Shown here: positions 34,202 through 43,086 of the stretch, piece after piece | How the letters are laid out: every line of letters starts with the position of its first letter | How positions within the stretch are numbered: the first letter of the stretch is position 1 | NCBI GenBank assembly: GCA_944322785.1 | Contig: CALUPW010000009.1 | Span: 18,497 to 82,496, forward strand | Direction of reading: 5' to 3' | Length of the DNA stretch: 64,000 nucleotides | Origin: Candidatus Gastranaerophilales bacterium | GTDB lineage: Bacteria; Cyanobacteriota; Vampirovibrionia; Gastranaerophilales; Gastranaerophilaceae | Notes under the pieces: generated by a model | What the model was told of the DNA's origin: nothing | Seen by the model: only the letters and a program-made list of their open reading frames with translations | The model's database searches: none | Position numbers and translations under genes: made by a program

Positions 34202-34789
34202 CTATTTGTTTGCAATTTCAAGACTGCGTTTTGAACAGTATTGGATTAATGTCATTTTTTTCATGTTGTCTGAATACTTAAATTCTCCGGACAAAGTATA
34301 GCCGTCTTTGCCTTTTTCAATTCTTATAGGGCAGAATGTGCATTCAACACTGATTTCATCAGAGAGCGGAAGCGTAATATTGTATTCAAGTTCAATATCA
34401 AAATTTTCTTTTGTTTTAAATTTCATACCGCCTGCGGATATATCAAGTGTCAAAATTTTGTGTGAAATTTCTCCTGATGTCATCGTAAGTTCATGCATAT
34501 ATTTTACACGTGTAAAACGACGTCTTTGCAGAAATTTGTGTTTTGCAGGGCTTGCAATTTTTAATGTCTTTCCATTAATTTCTTTTGCATAGGAGTCAAA
34601 GTAGAGAAGACCGTTTGATGTTGTTGTATAAAACTCGCAATAGTTGCTTTTTAAAACTCCGACTGGATCATAATCAAGTTCAATCATAAAGCTGTCCGGA
34701 TTAACCTCGGTTATAACACCTTTGTTGGCATTTTTAAAGTCAAAAGGAACCATTGTTATTTTTTGATTTTTCTCTACTAATTCTCTCAT
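34202..34789 (-). CDS. PilZ-domain c-di-GMP receptor (YcgR-like two-domain layout)
   Basis: RRRFTR (RxxxR) and DISAGG (DxSxxG) at canonical spacing, with an N-terminal ~90-aa beta-rich domain. 9-nt gap to the decarboxylase gene. Confidence 0.75.
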   Translation of the reverse strand: MRELVEKNQKITMVPFDFKNANKGVITEVNPDSFMIELDYDPVGVLKSNYCEFYTTTSNGLLYFDSYAKEINGKTLKIASPAKHKFLQRRRFTRVKYMHELTMTSGEISHKILTLDISAGGMKFKTKENFDIELEYNITLPLSDEISVECTFCPIRIEKGKDGYTLSGEFKYSDNMKKMTLIQYCSKRSLEIANK

Positions 34790-34867
34790 TTGAAAATCCT
34801 TTCATACGTATATTTGTTTTTATCATACATTATTTAAGCCTAAAATGCAAAAATATTAACAATTTGT

Positions 34868-34892
34868 AAAAGAAAAGCCCCTTTAAAGGGGC
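34868..34892 (-). terminator. Second minus-strand terminator (palindrome gcccctttaaaggggc + T-run)
   Basis: The 16-nt perfect palindrome at 34877-34892 is followed on the minus strand by ttttctttt. Confidence 0.55.
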
Positions 34893-34983
34893 ATAAACTG
34901 AGCAATCAGAAGAGTTGAGGATTTACATTTATATGGTACTAAATTTATCTTACATATTCATTGGCTGAAATCGCTAAATTTGC

Positions 34984-35020
34984 CACAAAAAAATAGCCTC
35001 AAAGTTTATGAGGCTATTTT
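34984..35020 (-). terminator. Rho-independent terminator after secY
   Basis: Minus strand reads aaaatagcctc-ataaacttt-gaggctattt followed by T7. Confidence 0.8.
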
Positions 35021-35043
35021 ATATGTTTTATTAAATTTCTCAA

Positions 35044-36381
35044 TTACTCTTTAAGAAATGATTCGTAGTTTCTTGCAAGAAGGTGCGTTCTGACCTGATT
35101 AATCAAATCGAGTGCGACACCAACCATGATTATTAGTGATGTGGCTCCGATACCTTGCAGAGTTTTGATATTGGTAACATAACTTGCAAAAGACGGAACA
35201 AGAGCAATTATACCGAGTCCCATAGCTCCGATAAATGTTGTTTTTGACAAAATTTTATCAAGAGCATCAGCTGTCGGTTTACCCGGTTTTATACCGGGAA
35301 TTGAAGAACCGTATTTTTTCAAATTATTTGCAATATCTTTTGGCTGCATATTCGGCATAATTGATGCATAGAAGAATGTTAATGCAACGATTAGAGCGAA
35401 GTACAAACCGTAATAAACAAGTCCGTCCGGACTCATGATTGTTGTAAGTTTTACAACAAAATTCTTAACTGCAACGGAATTGAAGTCAGCTTGACTTACT
35501 ATGCTTAAAACAGTTGACGGGAAAAGAAGTATTGCGATTGCAAAGATAATCGGCATAACCCCGCCCGGATTAAGCTTAAACGGAATAAATGAATTCATAC
35601 CGCCGTAAACTTTGTTTCCTACCTGACGTCTGGGGTTTACAATAATGACTTTGCGGACTGCTTCCTGCATAATTACAATGAATATCATTGTCGCAAAAAA
35701 TATTGCAAGAAGAGCTATCAAGCCTAATTGCATTGCCGTGCTTTTTGATACCATTTCAAAAGTTCTTGATGCATAAACAGGAATTCCGGAAATGATACCT
35801 ACAAAGATTATCAAAGAACCGCCGTTACCGATACCTTTTTCTGTTATAAGCTCAGATATCCACATCACAAGTATTGAACCGGCTGTAAGAACAGCAATTG
35901 AACTTATGTAAAACATCAGATGGTTTACATCCGGTGCAATTGCGCCGGGCAAATGTCTCATAAACAACATGAAAATAAGTGACTGAAACATTGCAAGTAC
36001 AACCGTAAAAATACGTGTATATTGTGATAGTTTTCTTCTGCCTGCTTCACCGTCTTCTTTCTGAAGTTTTTCCAGTGAAGGAATTACAACAGAAATAAGC
36101 TGCATTATGATTGATGCCGTAATGTAAGGTCCGATACCGAGAGCAAAGATTGATACTTTACCTAAGGCTCCGCCTGAAAACAAGTCCAGAAAGCCAATGA
36201 TATTGTTACCCTGTGCTATATTTGCAAACACTTGGTTGTTAATACCGTATAACGGCATCTGAACACCAAAACGGAATGCGGCAATCATTACGAAAGTGAA
36301 AATGATTTTCTGTTTCAAGCCGGATGCTTGCCACATTGACATCAAATCTTCGGTTGTAGGCATTTTTATTCCCTGTGCCAT
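35044..36381 (-). CDS. secY: Preprotein translocase subunit SecY
   Basis: 445 aa with 10 TM helices. Blocks LFSGGAL, GIGPYITASIIMQL, GEAGRRKLSQYTR and GIMPIIFA-like GGVMPIIFAIAI. Confidence 0.95.
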   Translation of the reverse strand: MAQGIKMPTTEDLMSMWQASGLKQKIIFTFVMIAAFRFGVQMPLYGINNQVFANIAQGNNIIGFLDLFSGGALGKVSIFALGIGPYITASIIMQLISVVIPSLEKLQKEDGEAGRRKLSQYTRIFTVVLAMFQSLIFMLFMRHLPGAIAPDVNHLMFYISSIAVLTAGSILVMWISELITEKGIGNGGSLIIFVGIISGIPVYASRTFEMVSKSTAMQLGLIALLAIFFATMIFIVIMQEAVRKVIIVNPRRQVGNKVYGGMNSFIPFKLNPGGVMPIIFAIAILLFPSTVLSIVSQADFNSVAVKNFVVKLTTIMSPDGLVYYGLYFALIVALTFFYASIMPNMQPKDIANNLKKYGSSIPGIKPGKPTADALDKILSKTTFIGAMGLGIIALVPSFASYVTNIKTLQGIGATSLIIMVGVALDLINQVRTHLLARNYESFLKE

Positions 36382-36833
36382 TATACTAACTCAACCTTTC
36401 CGCCTGCTTTTTCAATTTTTTCTTTTGCTGACGGCGTAAAGTAGTTAGCTTTAACTGTTATCGCTTCACTTATTTCGCCGTTGCCTAATATTCTCAATAA
36501 ATCAGAAGAAGGATGAGCTTTGCCGGCTTCTTTTAAAGCAGCAAGAGTTACTTCTTTCAATCCTAATTGAGCAAGTCTGCCTACATTGATTTCAGCTGAA
36601 ACAGGCTTTTTGTAAACCTGAAAACCTTTTAATTTAGGCAATCTTCTGTAAGCAGGCATTTGACCGCCTTCAAAACCTCTTTTTGAAGCGCTGCCTGAAC
36701 GTTGTCCTTCACCGTTGTGTCCTCGGCAGGATGTTTTACCTCTGCCTGATGAACGGCCTCTGCCTACTCTTTTAATTTTGTGTGTTGAACCTTCTGCAGG
36801 TTTTAAATTTTCTAATGTAATTGTATCTGCCAT
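36381..36833 (-). CDS. rplO: 50S ribosomal protein L15
   Basis: KRVGRGRSSGRGKTSCRGHNGEGQRSG. The stop overlaps the secY start. Confidence 0.95.
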   Translation of the reverse strand: MADTITLENLKPAEGSTHKIKRVGRGRSSGRGKTSCRGHNGEGQRSGSASKRGFEGGQMPAYRRLPKLKGFQVYKKPVSAEINVGRLAQLGLKEVTLAALKEAGKAHPSSDLLRILGNGEISEAITVKANYFTPSAKEKIEKAGGKVELV

Positions 36834-36891
36834 TTTAATTTTCCTTCTATTTTTTAATTTGTACCGCTCGCGTTAACTTACGCAGTATTTT

Positions 36892-37074
36892 TTATTCGGC
36901 AACTTCCAAAAGGTGCGGAACCTTGTTTACCATACCCATAATAGTTGCACTGTTCATGTGTTCTACTACTTGATCTTTTTTAGTAAGACCTAAGCCTTTT
37001 ACAACCTTACGCTGTGCTTCGGATGCACCGATAAGGCTTTTGACTAATTTAATTTTAATTTTTTTATCTGCCAT
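36892..37074 (-). CDS. rpmD: 50S ribosomal protein L30
   Basis: 60 aa. KIKLVKSLIGASEAQRKVVKGLGL. Confidence 0.9.
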   Translation of the reverse strand: MADKKIKIKLVKSLIGASEAQRKVVKGLGLTKKDQVVEHMNSATIMGMVNKVPHLLEVAE

Positions 37075-37183
37075 TTTATTAATTCCTTATATTTTATTTG
37101 TATATATCATCAGAGTTATATCTGCTTTGATGTAACGATTTAATTTTCCTGATTAAATCTGCCTGAAACAATAACCCTTGTGG

Positions 37184-37819
37184 CTAATTTAACAATTCAG
37201 CCATAGTAAGGTTACGTTTTTTAGCAACTTCATGGAAAGGTGTCAAAGCCTTTAATGCTTCAATTGTTGCATTTGCTGCATTTAAAGGTGATTTTGAACC
37301 TAATGATTTTGACAGGATGTTTTCGATACCAGCAAGTTCAAGCACTGAACGAACAGCGCCGCCTGCAATAATACCTGTACCTTGAGAAGCAGGTCTGAGC
37401 ATTACAGCACCTGCACCTGAATGTCCTGTAATCGGGTGCGGAATTGTAGTTTTGAAGATAGGAACTGTAATAAGGTTTTTACGTCCGTCAGCAATTGCTT
37501 TTTGTATTGCAATAATAACTTCAGCTGCCTTTGCACAGCCAACACCTACCTGACCTTTCTGGTTTCCTACAATAACTATTGCACGGAAACTTAATTTTTT
37601 ACCGCCTTTAACAACTTTTGTAACACGGCTGATTTGAACTACTCTTTCTGTCCATTCGCTTTGGGGTTTTTCTTCTACCGTTTCAATTTTTTGTTTTCTG
37701 CTGCGGCTTCTTTTGCCTCTGGCAGGTTTTTCATCAGTGTTTTCAACAGTTTCTGCAGATTCTTCAACTACTTCATCCGTTACTTCTGTTGAAAGTTCTT
37801 CTTTGTTTTCTAAATCCAT
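37184..37819 (-). CDS. rpsE: 30S ribosomal protein S5 with ~55-aa charged N-terminal extension
   Basis: Core [51 protein letters not shown]. It is preceded by [32 protein letters not shown]. Confidence 0.9.
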   Translation of the reverse strand: MDLENKEELSTEVTDEVVEESAETVENTDEKPARGKRSRSRKQKIETVEEKPQSEWTERVVQISRVTKVVKGGKKLSFRAIVIVGNQKGQVGVGCAKAAEVIIAIQKAIADGRKNLITVPIFKTTIPHPITGHSGAGAVMLRPASQGTGIIAGGAVRSVLELAGIENILSKSLGSKSPLNAANATIEALKALTPFHEVAKKRNLTMAELLN

Positions 37820-37979
37820 TGATTTTACCTTTCGTTTTCTCTTTTACAAATAATTTTATTATATTTTCGAACATGCCAAATTAAAGCTGATTAAAGCTAT
37901 TGGAATCCATATTCGTGAGTAACTTTTCTGACATAATTTATAGTAACATAAATAAAAATTAAATCAAGCGGTCACAAGG

Positions 37980-38570
37980 TTACTCTTTTGGCAGATATGT
38001 AGAAGCTACACATCTTACACCGAGCAGTCTGATATTGTCCGCATAAGCATTAGTGACACCTGTTATAAAGTTTGCGGTATAATGACCGTATTTGTCATAA
38101 CGATCTTTCAGCCAGTAATTTCCGTACCTGAAAGATTTGTCATCCCAGAATAATAAATCGTCATTCGGATTGCAGAAATAATTGACTTTATTTGATGAAA
38201 CCGTACAAGCGGTACCTTCTTTGTGACAAGATTTTATAAAAGTGTCTTTGTCTTTAATTATATGCTTGTTCGTAACCATAGCTATTTTACAGCTGGCTGA
38301 TGCACGCCACAATTCCCAGGCCTGCTCACGGGTCGGAAGTTCCATACCTTTCAGTCGGCAGTAATTTTCAGCAGAATCAAAGTCCATCGGCCCTGCATTT
38401 ACACTGTCAACAGCTAAATTAATACCGGTAAGCTGAATAATATTTTCTGTATTGAATTTCGGATAAGTGCTTTGAAAATCATCTATTTCTCCTGTGTGGA
38501 AAAGCATAAGAATAATTATAACTGCACTTAAAAGTCCTACTATTATCGTATTTTTAGTTGAATCGTTCAT
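37980..38570 (-). CDS. Membrane-anchored hypothetical protein (possible DUF1566/lectin-like fold)
   Basis: N-terminal TM helix. FDSAENYCRLKGMELPTREQAWELW resembles DUF1566-type motifs (weak). 5-nt gap after the mutase gene. Confidence 0.5.
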   Translation of the reverse strand: MNDSTKNTIIVGLLSAVIIILMLFHTGEIDDFQSTYPKFNTENIIQLTGINLAVDSVNAGPMDFDSAENYCRLKGMELPTREQAWELWRASASCKIAMVTNKHIIKDKDTFIKSCHKEGTACTVSSNKVNYFCNPNDDLLFWDDKSFRYGNYWLKDRYDKYGHYTANFITGVTNAYADNIRLLGVRCVASTYLPKE

Positions 38571-38575
38571 AATTT

Positions 38576-40033
38576 CTATTTTAATACTTCTTCAAGAGTT
38601 TTAATCATACAACTTTTGTATCTTTCGCAATCTTCTTTGTTTTTCCCTTCAAATCTCAATGTAAAAACAGGTTCTGTGTTGCTCTGGCGAATCAGTGCAA
38701 AGCCGCCCTCAAACACAATCCGCATACCGTCAAGGGTGATTATTTCCTTTATTGGGCTGCCAAAAAGATTTTTATTTGCTTCAACACATTGTTTTACTTT
38801 TTCAAGCGTTTCTTTTTTCTTTTCGTTCGGGCAGGGAAAACGAACTTCATCAGATGAACATACGGTATCAAACGGCTTTAACATATCCTGAAGCTTGAAA
38901 TTATTATTTTTCTTTTTATTTTTTGCAATAATTTCAATTATGCGGCAGCCTGCATAAATTGCATCATCAAAGCCGTAGTATTTGTCTTTAAAAAATGTAT
39001 GTCCGCTCATTTCACCGGCCAGAAGCGCATTTGTTTCTTTCATTTTATCTTTTATATACCCGTGTCCTGTTTTGCACATAACAGCATGACCGCCGGCATT
39101 GTTTATACTGTCAAAAAGCACCTGTGAACATTTGACCTCACTAACAACAGTCAATTTTGATTTATCATCAATTGTGTTTAAAATATCCTGTGCGTATATT
39201 AAAAGAAGTTTATCGCCTGTTAAAGGCTTTCCATCAGGTGTGATAACGCCTATTCTATCGCTGTCCCCGTCGTATGCTATTCCGGCATCAGCGTTATTTT
39301 CCACAACCGTTTCTTCAATAACTTTTAACGTTTTTAAATCACTTGGATTAGGGTGATGGTTCGGAAAATTTCCGTCAGGAGTTGAAAAAAGTTCAATGAC
39401 ATCACATCCTATTTCTCTATAAAGTTGCGGCCCTACAACTCCGCCGGTCGCATTTGCGCTGTCAACAACGACTTTAACTCCTTGACCGACATTTCCAAAC
39501 CGTTGTTTCATATCTTTTATATAATCGGGAATTATATCGTACTGTTTGATTTTACCGCCGTTTGTATGCGTGTTTTCTTTTTCAAACTCTTTAAATGTCA
39601 GTTCTTTAACTTCTTTAATCTGGCTTTCATTTAAAGTTCTTCCGTTATATGTCATCTTTAATCCGTTGTATTCTTTGGGATTGTGGCTTGCAGTTACAAT
39701 CATTGCCCCGAGAATTTTTTCGCCGTCAGTAAGATTAGAAGGTACACCTGCGATTTCGCTATAGTATCCGACAGGAGTCGGGGCAAGTCCCAAATCGACA
39801 GCGTTTGCGCCTGTTGATACCACACCTTCAATCAGCGATTTTGCAAGCGAGGGAGAATGAGTTCTTGCATCACGTGTTACTGTTACCCAGATCCGTTTTT
39901 CGTCTTTGGCAGTTTGTTTTTTCAAATATTCTATAAATGCACGCCCTGTCTTATAAAAAAGTTCCTCAGTTATATCATCTCCGTAAATTCCTCGAATATC
40001 ATTTTTACCGAAGGCGTGTTCATATTTTTTCAT
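38576..40033 (-). CDS. Phosphomannomutase / phosphoglucomutase (alpha-D-phosphohexomutase family)
   Basis: Active-site loop TASHNPKEYNGLK, metal loop DGDSDR and sugar loop GEMSGH. Confidence 0.9.
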   Translation of the reverse strand: MKKYEHAFGKNDIRGIYGDDITEELFYKTGRAFIEYLKKQTAKDEKRIWVTVTRDARTHSPSLAKSLIEGVVSTGANAVDLGLAPTPVGYYSEIAGVPSNLTDGEKILGAMIVTASHNPKEYNGLKMTYNGRTLNESQIKEVKELTFKEFEKENTHTNGGKIKQYDIIPDYIKDMKQRFGNVGQGVKVVVDSANATGGVVGPQLYREIGCDVIELFSTPDGNFPNHHPNPSDLKTLKVIEETVVENNADAGIAYDGDSDRIGVITPDGKPLTGDKLLLIYAQDILNTIDDKSKLTVVSEVKCSQVLFDSINNAGGHAVMCKTGHGYIKDKMKETNALLAGEMSGHTFFKDKYYGFDDAIYAGCRIIEIIAKNKKKNNNFKLQDMLKPFDTVCSSDEVRFPCPNEKKKETLEKVKQCVEANKNLFGSPIKEIITLDGMRIVFEGGFALIRQSNTEPVFTLRFEGKNKEDCERYKSCMIKTLEEVLK

Positions 40034-40074
40034 AATTTTATTCTCCCTAATATTTAAACTATAATTAATATAGC

Positions 40075-40965
40075 ATGGAAAAACAAAATTTTCTTAAGAA
40101 ATTCTTTAATGAAGAACGTTTTGCAGGCTGGATTTTTATTCTGCCTGCTGTCATCGGAACTTTTATTTTTATTATAATTCCGGTTATATGTTCATTCGGA
40201 TTGAGTTTTTGCAGGTGGGATCTTCTTAATCCTGTAGAATTTGCAGGACTTAATAACTACATTGAAATTTTTAAAGAACCTTTATTTTTTAAAATTCTCT
40301 TAAATACAATTGTTTTTGCGATTTCAACCTCGTTATTCGGTGTAATTATCCCTTTAGTTCTGGCGTGTATTCTTAATTCAAAAATCAGAGGTTCGGAATT
40401 TTTTAAAACAGCATATTTTCTGCCCTTTATAACCCCTATGATTGTTATAGGCATAATTTGGGAATGGATTTTTGATCCGAATATCGGTTTGCTTGCAAAT
40501 TTGTTTCATTTACATATAAACTGGCTCTATGATACAAATTTTGCGATGCCTGCATTGATTATTGTATCGGTTTGGAAACTAATCGGATACAACATGATTA
40601 TTTTTCTTGCATCCTTAAGTGCGATTTCAAACAGCATGTTTGAAGCTGCAAAAATTGACGGTGCAAACGAAATTCAGATTTTTACAAAAGTAACGGTTCC
40701 GCTTATGGCGCCGTCAATATTTTTTGTTGTTATAATCACAGCAATAAGTTCATTTCAAGTATTTGATCTTATATATCTTATGACGCAGGGCGGGCCTCTG
40801 GACAGTACAAATGTTCTTGTCTATGCGATTTACAAAAATGCGTTCGAATATTTTAATGTAGGAAAAGCAAGCGCCATTGCCTATGTCTTATTTGTAATTA
40901 TTCTTGTTTTAACTCTGCTTCAATGGGGATTCCGCAAAAAACTCGTCTACAATGAGATTGACTAA
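40075..40965 (+). CDS. Carbohydrate-type ABC transporter permease (MalF/UgpA-like), orphan
   Basis: Six TM helices. EAA loop EAAKIDGANEIQIFTKVTVPLMAP. No partner permease, binding protein or ATPase lies adjacent. TATAAT at 40060-40065 sits 9 nt upstream of the ATG with no SD. Confidence 0.8.
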   Translation: MEKQNFLKKFFNEERFAGWIFILPAVIGTFIFIIIPVICSFGLSFCRWDLLNPVEFAGLNNYIEIFKEPLFFKILLNTIVFAISTSLFGVIIPLVLACILNSKIRGSEFFKTAYFLPFITPMIVIGIIWEWIFDPNIGLLANLFHLHINWLYDTNFAMPALIIVSVWKLIGYNMIIFLASLSAISNSMFEAAKIDGANEIQIFTKVTVPLMAPSIFFVVIITAISSFQVFDLIYLMTQGGPLDSTNVLVYAIYKNAFEYFNVGKASAIAYVLFVIILVLTLLQWGFRKKLVYNEID

Positions 40966-41366
40966 ATTCCTTTAACTACTTTTTTATAAAAGTTGTTTTC
41001 AGTTGAGTTTCGGCTCATTTTAATAATCAAGTCACATAATTCCTGAAGATAATTTGTTTTGTTTGAAGGAACCAATGTGGTACTTTTCTTGAAATGCTTA
41101 TTTATTTCTCCGTCTGTTTTTGTATTGTATTTAGGAATATATGCAGTGAATACAAAATTATTACCATTGTTTTTTGCATTTGGTCTTATATCCACGGATA
41201 TTCTTGTAAATACGTCATGATTTTCTATAATTTTACGAGCTTCATTAAGTTTTGAAAATTTGTTATTTTTTAGTGCGTATTCGGCTGCCTCTTGTAGAAG
41301 CTCTGTTTTTAAAAATTTTGCCCCGAAATTCGGGGTATATGTTAAATTAGTGTTCTTAATCTGCAT
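40962..41366 (-). CDS. Hypothetical protein (134 aa), probable paralog of 8859..9227
   Basis: MQIKNTNLTYTPNFGAKFLK. SD GAGGAGAAA upstream. Confidence 0.55.
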   Translation of the reverse strand: MQIKNTNLTYTPNFGAKFLKTELLQEAAEYALKNNKFSKLNEARKIIENHDVFTRISVDIRPNAKNNGNNFVFTAYIPKYNTKTDGEINKHFKKSTTLVPSNKTNYLQELCDLIIKMSRNSTENNFYKKVVKGI

Positions 41367-41516
41367 AGTTTCTCCTCATTAATTACATTTATTATAAATT
41401 CACAAAAAATATTTTTTGCGGATAATTTTATATTTTTGTAACAAAATATATTTTTATACTCAAGTTTTTTACAATATGAGCCGAAATCCAATATACATAT
41501 AAGAGGAGTGTGTAAC

Positions 41517-41675
41517 ATGGATTTCAAGGATTTTGATGAATTTGACGATTTGGAAGATAAAAAAATTATTATTGAGATAAGAGCATTGATTGATGAAAGC
41601 GATGATCTGGATGATATTGACGGATATTGCAAATTCATGCGTGAAATGATTTTAAATACATCAGGTTTAAATTAA
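41517..41675 (+). CDS. Small acidic protein (52 aa), absent from the ORF track
   Basis: ATG lies 8 nt after AGAGGAG. Translation is MDFKDFDEFDDLEDKKIIIEIRALIDESDDLDDIDGYCKFMREMILNTSGLN*. It replaces the antisense track ORF 41342..41638. Confidence 0.5.
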   Translation: MDFKDFDEFDDLEDKKIIIEIRALIDESDDLDDIDGYCKFMREMILNTSGLN

Positions 41676-41724
41676 TCAAGCAGGCAATTTCTATATAAAA
41701 TTTTTAATTTAATATGTCAGTATT

Positions 41725-43086
41725 ATGAAAATTGTGATTCTGGGCGGTGTTGCTGCTGGTGCCAAGGCTGCAGCAAAGGCAAGACGTATTTTGCCTGATG
41801 CTGAAATTAATTTATATACTGATGACACGCATATATCTTATTCCTCCTGCGGTTTGCCTTATTATATTGAGGGAAATTTTGAAGATTACAGATTACTGCT
41901 TGTAAAATCTCCCGAAGATTTTGAAAAACAAAATGTACATATACATTTGCAAAATCGTGCCGTAAAAATTCTACCGCTCTCAAAACAGGTTTTGATTGAG
42001 TCACTTGTTACGCATGAAGCCTTTCTTGTTGATTATGACAGACTGATTATAGCAATCGGTGCAAGCCCTGTCATTCCGCCTATTAAAAACGTAAATTTGA
42101 ATAATGTTTTCACACTCCGAAAAATAGAGGATGGGATTGCAATAAGAAAAAAAGCCGAATCTTCAAAAAATGCAGTAATTATAGGCGGTGGATATATCGG
42201 TATTGAAATGCTTGAGGCGCTTGTCAAGCAAAATCTAAACGTTACGCTGATTGAGTATGCGCCGACAATCATGCAGAATTTTGATGATGATATGTCAAAG
42301 CTTATTCAAGAACAGCTCAATTACATTCAAGAAGATCGCTTTACAATTTTGACATCCGAAATGGCAACGGAATTTTCCGGCGACAATGATGGTATAAAGG
42401 CTGTCCGAACCGGAACAGGTAAGGAAATCCCTACAGATTTTGTGGTGCTTTGTGCCGGAGTTCGTCCTAATACTGCGATTGCTGTTGATGCAGGCATTGA
42501 AATCGGAATAACAGGTGCTATTAAAGTTAATGAGAGGATGGAAACGAATATTAAAGATATTTATGCATGCGGTGATTGTGTTGAGGAGAAATTAATTATC
42601 TCAAATTCAAAAATCTGGCTTCCGCTCGGCACAAATGCTAATAAAGAAGGCAGAGCGGCTGCCATAAACGCATGCGGCGGGGATGAAAAATTCCCCGGAG
42701 TTTTAGGCTCTGCTGTTACAAGATGTCTGGGATTTACAATGTCAATGACGGGATTAAGCGTAAAAGCGGCAAACGCTCTCGGTATAGAAACCGTGTTTGC
42801 TAAAGTCACAAAGGACGACAAAGTCGGTTATATGCCGGACGTAAATAACATCACTTTAAAACTTGTAGCGGATAAAAATTCGGGAAAGCTTCTCGGCTGT
42901 CAGGCAGTCGGCGCAGGAGATGCCGATAAGCGGGTAAATACTGTAACATCAGCACTTCTTGCAGGATTAACGGTAAACGAATTTTTCCATAATGACTTAA
43001 CTTATGCTCCGCCCTTTTCTCCTACAATTGATCCTCTTTTAAATGCTGCTCAGATACTTTCCGAAAAATTTAATTCAGCAGTTTAG
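41725..43086 (+). CDS. FAD-dependent pyridine nucleotide-disulfide oxidoreductase (NADH oxidase / CoA-disulfide reductase family)
   Basis: GGVAAGAKAAAKARR, the single redox Cys in ISYSSCGLPYY, a second dinucleotide fold IIGGGYIGIEM, and YACGDC. Confidence 0.8.
   Translation: MKIVILGGVAAGAKAAAKARRILPDAEINLYTDDTHISYSSCGLPYYIEGNFEDYRLLLVKSPEDFEKQNVHIHLQNRAVKILPLSKQVLIESLVTHEAFLVDYDRLIIAIGASPVIPPIKNVNLNNVFTLRKIEDGIAIRKKAESSKNAVIIGGGYIGIEMLEALVKQNLNVTLIEYAPTIMQNFDDDMSKLIQEQLNYIQEDRFTILTSEMATEFSGDNDGIKAVRTGTGKEIPTDFVVLCAGVRPNTAIAVDAGIEIGITGAIKVNERMETNIKDIYACGDCVEEKLIISNSKIWLPLGTNANKEGRAAAINACGGDEKFPGVLGSAVTRCLGFTMSMTGLSVKAANALGIETVFAKVTKDDKVGYMPDVNNITLKLVADKNSGKLLGCQAVGAGDADKRVNTVTSALLAGLTVNEFFHNDLTYAPPFSPTIDPLLNAAQILSEKFNSAV

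Noticed and set aside
41342-41638. Track ORF 41342..41638 (-), 98 aa
   Set aside because: It has Ser/Ile low-complexity composition and no SD. It overlaps the start of 40962..41366 and lies antisense to a well-supported SD-preceded small ORF (41517..41675).
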